Assembly (NCBI GenBank): GCA_963811105.1 | Contig: CAWEPZ010000011.1 | Location: 960,001-1,024,000, forward strand | Source of the DNA: Candidatus Bathyarchaeota archaeon | GTDB lineage: Archaea > Thermoproteota > Bathyarchaeia > Bathyarchaeales > Bathycorpusculaceae | Direction of reading: 5' to 3' | Length of the DNA stretch: 64,000 nucleotides | Shown: positions 53,462 through 63,577 of the stretch, piece after piece | Layout of the letters: every line of letters begins with the position of its first letter | How positions within the stretch are numbered: the stretch's first letter is position 1 | Position numbers and translations under genes: made by a program | The notes under the pieces: generated by a model | The model's input: only the letters and a program-made list of their open reading frames with translations | What the model was told of the DNA's origin: nothing | The model's database searches: none

Positions 53462-53757
53462 GGGACAAATGACAGTTCCTCGAGAACAAAGATTGCGTTA
53501 TAAGAATTTTCCGCCGGGTTATTTGTAGATCTCGCGATATTCGACTTTCTGCACATCAACAGGTCTCTCCACAGATAGTAAACATTAGAAATTTCGCCAA
53601 ATCAAAAACCTCACATAAATGAGTGACCGCAAATTGCTTTTCCATATTATCTCTTATTTCATTAGTCATTTGATTAAGGCGTCTCCGAAAATCATCTTTG
53701 CCTCATCGCGTATTTAATAATATGTTGTTGCATTTGCACTGCAACTAACTTCAGTTC

Positions 53758-54123
53758 TTGGTTGAAAAACCTAATATTCGTTTGACATCAAAGAATAAAC
53801 AGGAAACACCTATGTTTGAACCCCATCAAGGAAATGTAAGAATAGATTGCGACTTTGATAAAGTATGGGATTCTTTGAAGATTAAAGGTGAGCTTTCTTT
53901 GCAGACTGAGATAGAAGGGAAACCATTTATTGCAAAGGCAACCGTCGCTACAAAAGGACTTCATTCAGGTGAAAAAGTAATAGTTTTTCTTCACGAAAAG
54001 AATGGAAAACGAATTGAATCTGCAAGAGGGTACGAATGCTGCTGGGGACATTATTATAACTGTTATGGAACCAGAATTGGAATGTACTTTAAAGCATTGG
54101 TTCACTCAATGAGATTTTCATAG
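53758..54123 (+). CDS. Hypothetical protein
   Basis: 121-aa ORF with a YECCWGHYYNCYGTRIG motif. Confidence 0.6.
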   Translation: MVEKPNIRLTSKNKQETPMFEPHQGNVRIDCDFDKVWDSLKIKGELSLQTEIEGKPFIAKATVATKGLHSGEKVIVFLHEKNGKRIESARGYECCWGHYYNCYGTRIGMYFKALVHSMRFS

Positions 54124-54367
54124 TTTGTTTTCTGCTGTTCCGTGCTGTTCCATGTTTGAAATAGCTAAGGAGAAGCAAATTGCCGAAGCCCACAAATGGC
54201 CGATAGAACTATTTTTTAATCAGTGAACTATATGGAGAAAACAAAGCACCTCTATATAGAGGAGTATTATATTCCGAATGGTTCGTGTCCACGGATTAAA
54301 GTACGTAAAACCAGCCATTACTGCAATGACGGATACGATAAGACAACTGTGTTCTGATTAGATTATA

Positions 54368-55279
54368 GTGCCTTCCCAACAAAAATTGGCGATGACGCTG
54401 TTTTTTGGAAAAAGTCCTGCCTGCCGGTTAGAAAAAATTTATAAATATTTTGCCATAAATAGGGAGCGGTTGGCTGATAATTTGGGGAAGGTTACACGAA
54501 CTGTTTCACCCTCAATATTCTTTTTGCTCACATTCATTCTTTCATGGTCTATTTGGATTTCCTTGATTCTTGCTTCTTCCCAGATTTCTGAGGGCTTAAG
54601 CAATATTGTGAGGCTATTTGGCGTTTTGATGCCTGCTATATCTGCTATCATTCTTACAGCTTACTGCGCTGGTCGGTCTGGAATTGGGCATTTATTTTCT
54701 CGGTTGAAGATTTGGAAAGTTGGAGCTAAATGGTGGATAGCTGTCATTTTTGTCTATCCCGTTTTGCTTGTTATAGCTGGTTTGCTTTACAACTTGTCTA
54801 ATCCACCGTCAATGGTAAACCTTCTCCCTATAACCGCCGGCAGTCTCATAGCAAACGGCATTTTCCTTACAATAGCTGCGTTAGGAGAAGAAATCGGTTG
54901 GCGTGGTGTCGCTTTGCCTGCACTGATGAAAAAGCTCTCGCCTCTCATGTCAAGTTTGGTGTTGGGTCTTTTGTGGGCGGCATGGCACTTGCCGTTTTGG
55001 CTTCTTATCGGCACTCTTAGTCAATACGGATGGGCGTATTTCGTGATGAATTTCTTGTTCATTGTTCCAACTACATTCTTCATTACTTGGTTTTTCAATA
55101 ATACCAAGGGAAGTATTCTTCTTCCAGTTATTTTTCACGTTGTTTTTAATGTAGTAAATGTTGCAATCTATCCTGTCACAGGATCAGCTGAGGCTTTCGG
55201 AATCTTTATAATACTTCAGTTTGCAATTATGTTTGCAATTATTCCCTCCCTTAGAAAATCCAAAGCCTCTGACGTTTGA
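54368..55279 (+). CDS. CPBP/Abi (CAAX-like) intramembrane metalloprotease
   Basis: GEEIGWRG, WAAWHLP and FHVVFN motifs; multiple TM segments. Confidence 0.9.
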   Translation: MPSQQKLAMTLFFGKSPACRLEKIYKYFAINRERLADNLGKVTRTVSPSIFFLLTFILSWSIWISLILASSQISEGLSNIVRLFGVLMPAISAIILTAYCAGRSGIGHLFSRLKIWKVGAKWWIAVIFVYPVLLVIAGLLYNLSNPPSMVNLLPITAGSLIANGIFLTIAALGEEIGWRGVALPALMKKLSPLMSSLVLGLLWAAWHLPFWLLIGTLSQYGWAYFVMNFLFIVPTTFFITWFFNNTKGSILLPVIFHVVFNVVNVAIYPVTGSAEAFGIFIILQFAIMFAIIPSLRKSKASDV

Positions 55280-55345
55280 TTGTTAATATGCGGCAACATA
55301 AAAGGAGCGCTTGAGGTTCGGTTTAGTGTCGTCTGTTGCCACTTT

Positions 55346-56775
55346 CAGTAGATGGAAAAGTAGTTTTTGGATATTGATGCTTTGTTTATCCTGTCGTAAC
55401 CGATTATCAAGCGGCAGGGTCTGAGGATTGCTCTTTCATTGCACAGTTTTATATCTTCAGACTTCTATAGCAAATTAACTGGCGGAGTTTAGGGTTCGAT
55501 CTACCCGGATCGGCTTCCTCGAATGCATCCAAGAATGCTTTAGTGTCGAGGTGGCCCTAACCCGCCAATGATAAAGCCTTCAAAGTGCACAGCCAAACGA
55601 GTCAACGTCAAAAGTGGTTTACCAAACTGTTTCTTTAGAGCTCTGCAGAGCAAAAAATTAGCGTAGTGCCAAACATTGTACAGTACCACAGAAGTCATTT
55701 GGTAAATTAGTCTAAGCTTATAGTTGGTGCTTGTAGTTTTAGCCTGGGCATTATCTTGCACACGATAACCCGTTTCTATACCCCACCTGCGCCTGTACTC
55801 AGAAGGAATAAACAATGGCAACTTAATTGCTAATGACCTTGGAAGGTTTGTTGCAAAACCAAAATAGAGGTCAGAAACATTCAGCTTCTTCTTTTTCGGC
55901 AACTGCTCAACTGACCGCTTGTAAAGATACAGGGTAAAGCAGATGCTTTTCCTTTTGTTGCCTAAAATGAAACGTTTAGCTGACTGCTTGTCATCATAAT
56001 TTAGCATCGCTTCTTTGACCGTATCATGCTTAACTGCTGGAATAATAAAATAGACCTCTAACCTCTTGAGCGTAGCTATGACGTCTATTGTGAAGAATGC
56101 TCGGTCAAGCAGTACAATGCTAATGTGTATGCCGCGTGCCCTCGCTTCAAAGATTAGTTTCTCAACGACCTCTGCTTTCTCACTGAACTGGTTAACAGTA
56201 CTAGAATAGACTGTAAGTCTTCTTCCCGCTTCAACAATGTCAATGCTAGCATATGTATAGCCCCAGGTCGTTCCATTCTCCTGTTTGCCACCTATCACGT
56301 TTTTAGCGTCGGGATCACCATAGAAGGGCTGCCTTGTATAGTCGATTGCAACCACCGCTTTTCTTCTAAAGAGGCAGTGGCTTCTTAGGATAAGGAGAAT
56401 CTGGTCGTTGGCTTGGATTAATGCATTGCGAATTTGCTTCTCCGCTAAGCGCTCTATTCTTCCTCTGAAGGTTCTTCCCGTGGGAACCTTGTTTGGTGTG
56501 TTGCATTTTTCTGAGAGGTCAGCTAAGCCACTTTCAGCGTAGCTTTGAGAAAGTGAGAGCTGGATTAGACATTGATTTATGTCGCTGCTGATGTAGAGGC
56601 TGTTTTTAGCTACTGGAAATTGAAGATATTCGTTAAGCAAGTTGGCTGTGAACTTGAAGACTTTGCTGGAAACCTTTCGCTCTTTTGATTTACGTTTTGC
56701 CGTCTGAACACAATATCTCAATTATACGCACTAAGATAATATTATCAAACGTTTAAGGTACTTTTCCATCTACTG
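55346..56775 (-). mobile_element. Complete insertion sequence, ISH3/IS4-like, 1430 bp
   Basis: Perfect 17-bp TIRs CAGTAGATGGAAAAGTA (55346-55362 and 56759-56775); 5-bp TSD ACTTT at 55341-55345 and 56776-56780. Confidence 0.95.
55540..56721 (-). CDS. DDE transposase, ISH3/IS4 family
   Basis: VAIDYT, LLDRAF and YRRRWGIETGYR (Y-REK-type motif). Confidence 0.92.
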   Translation of the reverse strand: MRYCVQTAKRKSKERKVSSKVFKFTANLLNEYLQFPVAKNSLYISSDINQCLIQLSLSQSYAESGLADLSEKCNTPNKVPTGRTFRGRIERLAEKQIRNALIQANDQILLILRSHCLFRRKAVVAIDYTRQPFYGDPDAKNVIGGKQENGTTWGYTYASIDIVEAGRRLTVYSSTVNQFSEKAEVVEKLIFEARARGIHISIVLLDRAFFTIDVIATLKRLEVYFIIPAVKHDTVKEAMLNYDDKQSAKRFILGNKRKSICFTLYLYKRSVEQLPKKKKLNVSDLYFGFATNLPRSLAIKLPLFIPSEYRRRWGIETGYRVQDNAQAKTTSTNYKLRLIYQMTSVVLYNVWHYANFLLCRALKKQFGKPLLTLTRLAVHFEGFIIGGLGPPRH

Positions 56776-56878
56776 ACTTTTCACTCACATTTATTAACTG
56801 TTAAAGCATACTATTTAACACGGAAAGATGATTTAAACGAAACATCTTTTCAAAAAGTACTTTTGAAGGAAACTAAAA

Positions 56879-59497
56879 ATGAAAAACAAATTTTCGACAA
56901 AACTGACAACAATCACTCTGATTCTATTGATGGCTTCAATTGCAGTATCAACAATTCCAATCCATCCAGTTCAAGCTCAAGAAGCATCGCACGGTGGTTC
57001 ACCTGGAGGAGGATATGAAGGACCAACAACAGTTCCAGCCGGTCAGACTGCTGACTACACGATTCAACCCATTGCTTTCCTGAGCGTTTCACCCGCCACA
57101 ATCGGTATCGGTCAAACGCTCCTGGTCAACGTGTGGATTACCTTCCCCTCAGGTGAGGGCAAATATATGGTAGGCTACACGGTGCACATCACTAAGCCAG
57201 ACGGTTCAACAGACGATGTTCCTCTGAAATCGTACGTCGCGGACGGTACAGCCTATTTCACCTACGTGCCTGATCAAACGGGTCAATGGACGTTCTTGTT
57301 CACTTTCGCAGGCGAATATTTCCCAGCAGGATACTATGTAAGCGGACAATACTCCACCAGCCGAACAGGCCAGTTTGCAAACGCGATTTTTAACCCTTCT
57401 GACTACGTTGCACCAGCCACTTCCCAAGTGAGAACTTTAACAGTGCAGAGCGATCTTGTTTCATCTTGGCAGTCACCGCTTCCAACAGACTACTGGACGC
57501 GCCCAATTGAACCGAACAACAGAGAGTGGTCTGCTATCGCAGGAAACTTCCCATTCACCGAAGATATAGGCAGTGCAGAAAGTTGGAGTGATGAATGGTA
57601 CGGTCCCTTCATCACGGCTCCAAATACACCACACATTGTCTGGTTCAACCAAGTAAACGTAGCAGGCATAACTGGAGGAGAAACCGGTCTACAATCCACG
57701 CTTAGTGGTCCCGGAACTCCCAGCGTTATCTATCAGGGAAGATGCTACCAGACCATGACCATTTCCATCAACGGCGTTCCAACGAGTTGCGCAGTATGCT
57801 ATAACCTGCAAACAGGAAAACAATACTACGCCATACCGGGCGGAATCACACCAACACGCATAGCCTACTGGCCACCTGCTGTTGCAGGCGCTACAGGAAC
57901 TGTTCCAGGCGAGGCAGCAGACATTGGTTGGACAATTGACCTCTTCACAATAAGCGGCAGCTTCCTAATCAAAATCAACCCAAACACAGGGGCAGTAAGC
58001 TCGAACATTACACTTCCATCTGGCTTAGGCACCGCTGACATGTTCTACAGGGACGGCTACTACTTGAGCTACCGATCAGTCAGCACCGATAACATGACCC
58101 CCGCCGCCAACGTAACGGTCGCTAGGTCTACAACAGGATACCTAGTAAACTGGACAGAACAAGGCACTTCAACCAACTTCACAACAAGGATACGGAGCAA
58201 CATAACCGTAACAATACCAAACAGCTTGCGAACACTCTATGAAGTTGGTGCCTACGGAGCATTAGGCGCATATGACCCAGACACAGGCATAACCGTCATC
58301 CAGTCCAGGTTCATCTACGGAGGCTTCTACGGATCAAACTTCTGGGCAGTAAACCTAGTAACGGGACAAACGATATGGAACGTAACGACACCTGTTTCCG
58401 CGATCGAAGACGCTTACAGACCTACCAACGCATGGTGCAGACATGGAAGATACATAGCTGAAATGGAGCGAGGATACTTACAAGCATACGATGAATTCAC
58501 CGGTAAATTGCTCTGGACATCATCACCTGGAATTGACGCCTCGATGGGTGATTACCCATGGGGAGAATTTTACCAATACGATGAAGCAGCATACCAGGGC
58601 GTAATCTACGATGTGCAATACACAGGCATCTTCGCTTTCGATGAAACCAACGGCAACATACTCTGGCACTACGTTGATCCAGCCATCCCATTCGAAACTC
58701 CATATAACAGCGCTAATGGTTCAATCCCTTGCTATTCAATCTCAAGCATCAGAATTGCTGACGGAAAAATCTACGCGATGAACAGTGAACACTCACCCTC
58801 ACTACCAGCAACTCGAGGCTGGGGATTAATCTGCCTTAACGTCACCACCGGGGAGAAACTTTGGAAAATTAGCGGTACACAAATGAGCGCAGGTCCTGCA
58901 TCAGATGGCTACATGGTAACCAGCAGCAGCTATGACGGAACACAATACGTGCTAGGCAAAGGTCAAAGCCAAACAACAGTAACAGCACCAGTAAACACAG
59001 TAGCAAAAGACGGTAGCGTGCTAATCCAAGGCACAGTCTTAGACATGTCTCCCGCCCAGCCAAACACAGCATGCATCTCAGACAACACAATTGATACATG
59101 GATGGATTACCTGCATATGCAAATGCCAGTAGATGGACTATACCACAACATAACCGTCACAGGCGTACCAGTACTACTCGTAGCAACAGACTCTAACAAC
59201 AACAACATCAACGTAGGCACAGCAACAAGCGACACAACCGGCAGCTACCAAATCGCATGGACACCACCACACGAAGGCCTATACAAGATCACAGCAATCT
59301 TTTCAGGTACAAACTCATACGGAAGCTCTATTGCAGCAACAGGCCTATTAGTCGGACCAGCACCAACACCTATATCAACCCCAGTGGCAGCGTTACCGAT
59401 TGATACCACAAATACTATTGTAGGCATGGGCATCGCCATAATCATAGTAATAGTGATTATTGGCGCGTTAATCCTCATTCTCATGCGACGAAAGTAA
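56879..59497 (+). CDS. Large PQQ-like beta-propeller cell-surface protein (paralog 3)
   Basis: Same family motifs (LPTDYWTRP, NREW, EHSP..RGW, MDYLHMQ) and C-terminal TM with RRK. Confidence 0.9.
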   Translation: MKNKFSTKLTTITLILLMASIAVSTIPIHPVQAQEASHGGSPGGGYEGPTTVPAGQTADYTIQPIAFLSVSPATIGIGQTLLVNVWITFPSGEGKYMVGYTVHITKPDGSTDDVPLKSYVADGTAYFTYVPDQTGQWTFLFTFAGEYFPAGYYVSGQYSTSRTGQFANAIFNPSDYVAPATSQVRTLTVQSDLVSSWQSPLPTDYWTRPIEPNNREWSAIAGNFPFTEDIGSAESWSDEWYGPFITAPNTPHIVWFNQVNVAGITGGETGLQSTLSGPGTPSVIYQGRCYQTMTISINGVPTSCAVCYNLQTGKQYYAIPGGITPTRIAYWPPAVAGATGTVPGEAADIGWTIDLFTISGSFLIKINPNTGAVSSNITLPSGLGTADMFYRDGYYLSYRSVSTDNMTPAANVTVARSTTGYLVNWTEQGTSTNFTTRIRSNITVTIPNSLRTLYEVGAYGALGAYDPDTGITVIQSRFIYGGFYGSNFWAVNLVTGQTIWNVTTPVSAIEDAYRPTNAWCRHGRYIAEMERGYLQAYDEFTGKLLWTSSPGIDASMGDYPWGEFYQYDEAAYQGVIYDVQYTGIFAFDETNGNILWHYVDPAIPFETPYNSANGSIPCYSISSIRIADGKIYAMNSEHSPSLPATRGWGLICLNVTTGEKLWKISGTQMSAGPASDGYMVTSSSYDGTQYVLGKGQSQTTVTAPVNTVAKDGSVLIQGTVLDMSPAQPNTACISDNTIDTWMDYLHMQMPVDGLYHNITVTGVPVLLVATDSNNNNINVGTATSDTTGSYQIAWTPPHEGLYKITAIFSGTNSYGSSIAATGLLVGPAPTPISTPVAALPIDTTNTIVGMGIAIIIVIVIIGALILILMRRK

Positions 59498-59842
59498 ATA
59501 AAACACAAATAGCCCAAAACTCTATTCTCCTTTTTCTTTTTGTAGTCAATTTCTGTTAATTGACTCTGAGAAATAACTTCTGTTAAACATCTCTGCAAGT
59601 AATTGAACCCAATGAATATCTTCAACGTTTGGTGTGTTTTGGACTTTGAATGCTGCAATTGTGCTGTTGTGGAATTTCACTGGCTTTTTCTAAGCCCTTA
59701 ATCCAGCTCGGTGTTTTCTACGGCTGTTTCGCGACTTTTCCTGAAGGCATTATTCCTCACACAAGTCAAACAAACGCCTCCAACAATAGCAGTCCTGTAA
59801 AATCAAAACTCAAAAAGGATAAAAACTTTCGCTCTTTCGGTT

Positions 59843-60012
59843 AAAAAAAAAGAGGTAGTGTTGTGCGGGGTGATTTTCCCATTTTAACTTCATAAAGGCC
59901 AAAAAAGATTTACTTGGTTTCCGAAGAATGGTTCCCAATGGCTTATTGGAACTGCGAAATCAAACTAATATTTTATGAAAAAAAGGATTGTCGCGAGGGT
60001 GACATCACCAAA
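59843..60012 (+). repeat. Two further partial copies of the dispersed palindrome repeat
   Basis: AAAAAAAAAGAGG...TTGTGCG-GGGTGATTTTCCC (59843-59880) and AAAAAAAGGATTGTCGCGA-GGGTGACATCACC (59978-60009). Confidence 0.4.
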
Positions 60013-60284
60013 AGTTGTGAAACCAAACAATTTTAGATAAATTCTAACCTAACTTTCTTTTACCCAATTCATCAACAGCTTGTTCAACCCAAGCAGCACT
60101 GTATGTTCCCTACTTAAGCCTTCCAAAAGCAGAATCCAAGTACTCAAACCTTAAGCTAATACATTTTAGCAAGATCTGAAACCAACTTTTTATCAACCAA
60201 CAACGCACCAATTCTTTCTCAATAACCAACAAAAACGCCTCAGCATCTGCCATAGAAATATTTTCACTCGAAGCAAGCTTCACA

Positions 60285-61617
60285 CTATGTGTCTTGTGGT
60301 ATGTATACTGCGTATCCTCTTGGGGGTGCATAGAATTCGCCCCGCCCATCTGGTTGTGTCCACTTTTCAATTGGGGCTTCAACATTGTTTTGATGGCTTC
60401 CCCAAGTAACAGCTTTGAACTTCACATTTTTCCATTTTGTTTTGACCCATTTTCCACTCCAAGCGTTTCCAAAGTTGTTGAGGACAAAAATTAAGCCAGT
60501 TTGAGTTGGTGTGCCATTTCTTTGCATGATGTAGACGTTGTCATCAGCATATAGTATTGTGGTTGTGCCTCCAGCGTTTTGCTCATGCATTTTTACTGGG
60601 CCGCTATTCCGTTTTCGCTGTTTTCTTTGCCCAGTTGAAAGTTGAAGAAATCTTGCCAAAAAACACAAGGGTAGCCTTCATGGGTTAGAATAAAAGCGTA
60701 GGCGAGCATTTTATCGTTGACAATGGGATTGCTGAGTGCTATGTCGTGATTTTCTACAAATGTAACAGCTTCTGAAGGTCTGTCTTTTACGAGGGTTCCA
60801 GATATTGCAAGGTTTGTTAAACTGTAACCATAAGAATCACAAACACCTTTCAATCTGTCTCGCAGCGGAAAATCGAAGGCGCCTACAGGGTTATCTGACC
60901 ACTCGTTAGTCGCATTAAGCCAATCATTGATAACGCGGTCACTATCCCAACATTCCCCGACCCCATAAAGCTTAAAATACTGTCCATTCCGTTTTATTCT
61001 TAACTCCTGGATTGAGGTAGCTGTCCAACTTCCATAACCTTTGACAAAGTCGAAGCGAAAACCATCAAAACCTATTGTCTCTACAAGCCAACGGACAATT
61101 TTTAATATGGGTCCATAAACGTAGGGGTTTCGGTGGCACAGATCAGGCATGTCTCCGAACGTTTCACCATCCCATGTTTCATAACTTGAAGGGTGGAAGC
61201 ATTCCCAGTTATGCTTGAACTCTTGACTTTTAGGGTTGAATTTTGTCCACCGCACCATTTGGTCTATTGGGTTAGTCTCTTCTTTGTCGCCGCCGCTGTT
61301 ATGGTTAATGACAAGGTCAGCGTATGCTTGCAAGCCAGCTTCATGAGCAGCTGCGATTAATGAAACTAACTCATCTTTTGAACCAAACCACGTGCGTATT
61401 GAGCCCTTTTGATCAAACTCACCCAAGTCGTAATAATCATACGTCATATCCCATTGAAGGATTGTTAGCTGCTTTACTCGTCAGGAGGCAACCAAAGACC
61501 TGTAAACCCAACCTCTTTCAATGTTGGAATTTTACTCTTAACATGTTCCCACCAATCATAATCTCTTTTTTCCAACTTGGGACAATTCCAATAGAATGCT
61601 TGAAACATTACGCCCAT
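60285..61617 (-). pseudogene. GH13 alpha-amylase (AmyA-like) with ~3 frameshifts
   Basis: MGVMFQAFYW from 61617, WLPP, MGYD, YDYYDLG, DLVINH, DGFRFD, GECW, FVENHD and THEGYPCVFW. Frame breaks occur at ~61480, ~61443 and ~60597. Confidence 0.85.
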
Positions 61618-61827
61618 AATTTTCCACATCCATTAACCAATTTCTTCTAACTTACAAAAACATGATCGAGAAAACGCTGATGCACACTTTAGAAAACTTC
61701 ATAAGCTAAATTCTTACTTAAACCTCAACAAAATTGGATTTGCTTCCTTGATCGATAACACTTTCTTTTCAAGTAATCATCTGATAATTGGCAAGGTTTC
61801 CTATCCTGCCATTTCCACTAGCCATTC

Positions 61828-62100
61828 TTAACGTAAAATGAGATTGCTTTTTTCTCTCTCGCCTTCCAGCGATGCTAGATCCAAAAGCTGCTCTATCAAA
61901 GAGTCTTGGATGCGCTCAAAAGTGGAATTCCTTTTATCAGGAATCCTTTCTTTTTCTCTATGTTTTTCAGCATGAGATTCGATAGCGTGCCCCATCTCTT
62001 TTACGTCTGGGATAACTAAAATCTTTTGGCCGCACTCGCACCTTATGGTTTGTAGTTTACCCCCAAATGATAAATTAGAGAACGTTTCCTTCTTTTGCAT
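61828..62100 (-). CDS. Small hypothetical protein with CxC...HxxxH putative Zn site
   Basis: IRCECGQKILVIPDVKEMGHAIESHAEKH. Confidence 0.7.
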   Translation of the reverse strand: MQKKETFSNLSFGGKLQTIRCECGQKILVIPDVKEMGHAIESHAEKHREKERIPDKRNSTFERIQDSLIEQLLDLASLEGEREKSNLILR

Positions 62101-62205
62101 TGGCTATCAAGGCACACTACGTTGTTTTGTAATATAAGCTTTGCTAGACCTTAGCAACATTGCTCAAAGAGAGCAATATAGAATGACAAGATTTATATCG
62201 CAATA

Positions 62206-62499
62206 TTGGAGTCAGATGTTAGACCTCATATGCAACTTAGCAAACTTGAAGTTTGCGTGGCTATATTGGAAATCCTTAACCAGAAAGGAAAACTACAGTC
62301 ACGCGAGATTGAAGCATCGATTAAAGTAGAAGTTGGCTTGACCAAAAAGTGCATAGACCTCCTCGCACAGCAAGGATTTTTAGAAAAACAGAAAAATCAC
62401 AACAACGACGAAGTCTATTTCAACACTGCACAAGGGCAAAATGTTTTGGAATTCTTCTTCCCTTTTGTTGTAAAATATCAAACGAAACCGCGTTATTAA
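62206..62499 (+). CDS. Winged-helix transcriptional regulator
   Basis: SKLEVCVAILEIL...IDLLAQQGFL...YFNTAQGQNVL. Confidence 0.75.
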   Translation: MESDVRPHMQLSKLEVCVAILEILNQKGKLQSREIEASIKVEVGLTKKCIDLLAQQGFLEKQKNHNNDEVYFNTAQGQNVLEFFFPFVVKYQTKPRY

Positions 62500-62734
62500 C
62501 AAACTACGAAGGCATAGCTGAGAAGAGATCAATTTTTTCAAAGAAGCTTGGATACCTGTTCAACTCTTCTTGTTCAATGGGTTGAATAAATAGGAAACTA
62601 CGTATGTCGTAAATTAACATGTTCAGTTATCAATTAAACCTTTGAGTTAATTGAAGAGTAGAGTGCGCTTGAAAAGTAGGCAGAGAATATACATTGGGGT
62701 TCGTGATAGTTTATTACCTATTTTAAAAGTCCTG

Positions 62735-63562
62735 TTAACGCATAATTATTCTCATAATGGCAACAATAGGTATCCATTCTCCGTCCACCATAAACTCTGC
62801 ATGAAATCTTCGAAGACGCGCATCTAAAAAACAAAATATAATCACATAACTGTAAAGTAAACCAAAAACAAGCGCAGGCAAATACTCAAGAAACAAACCC
62901 ATAAACATGCAGCCTGCGATCCAAATACCAAGAACACTATTTACCGTTAGCAGCAACATTTTAGTTTTTTTGGTCCCTAAAACTATCGGCATTGTTTTAA
63001 CCCCCGAAGCTCGGTCACCTCGCATATCAAGAAAGTCAAAAAGAATCGTGTTCACCAAGAGCTGAATAAATATGTAAATGAAAACCATAAAAGTTTTCGC
63101 AAAAGTCTCCTGCTGCAAAGAAAGCGGCAAAAGCGCCCCATACATTGCCCAGCTGAACGCAACAAAAACACTTTTTGCTCCCACGATTTCCTTCAATCTT
63201 GGCAGCGACTTCGACAATTTCACGCTGTAAAAAAAACCTATGATTATAGGGGTCAATATAGTGAAGAATGCAAACAAATTAATCGAAGCGCCTATTCCTA
63301 GGCTAAAAATCATCGTCGCCACTGATGGGACTACGTAGTAAATTGCTGACCGAGACGCTATTTCTGGTTTATTCACAGAATCTTCTTTTTTATCTGTTGC
63401 CTTGTTCAAGTTGTAAACTGAAAACACCGCAAGAAACGCTGCCAAAAGGACCTCAGGGTTATTTCGAATGCCATAAAGAAAATCGCCAAAAACAACCACC
63501 AGTGAACTATTCAGAGCCAAAAAAATTGATGTTGAAGTTAACAGCTTCAAAAGCTTCAGCAT
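62735..63562 (-). CDS. UbiA family prenyltransferase
   Basis: YNLNKATDKKEDSVNKP and NTILFDFLDMRGDRASGVKTMP aspartate-rich motifs; multiple TM segments. Confidence 0.9.
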   Translation of the reverse strand: MLKLLKLLTSTSIFLALNSSLVVVFGDFLYGIRNNPEVLLAAFLAVFSVYNLNKATDKKEDSVNKPEIASRSAIYYVVPSVATMIFSLGIGASINLFAFFTILTPIIIGFFYSVKLSKSLPRLKEIVGAKSVFVAFSWAMYGALLPLSLQQETFAKTFMVFIYIFIQLLVNTILFDFLDMRGDRASGVKTMPIVLGTKKTKMLLLTVNSVLGIWIAGCMFMGLFLEYLPALVFGLLYSYVIIFCFLDARLRRFHAEFMVDGEWIPIVAIMRIIMR

Positions 63563-63577
63563 AACCTTTTGGGACCT

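Noticed and set aside
54368-55279. CAAX protease as the processing or immunity gene of the EPAH system
   Set aside because: It is on the opposite strand with an unrelated ORF between, and the family is common in accessory regions. Linkage is unsupported without comparative data.
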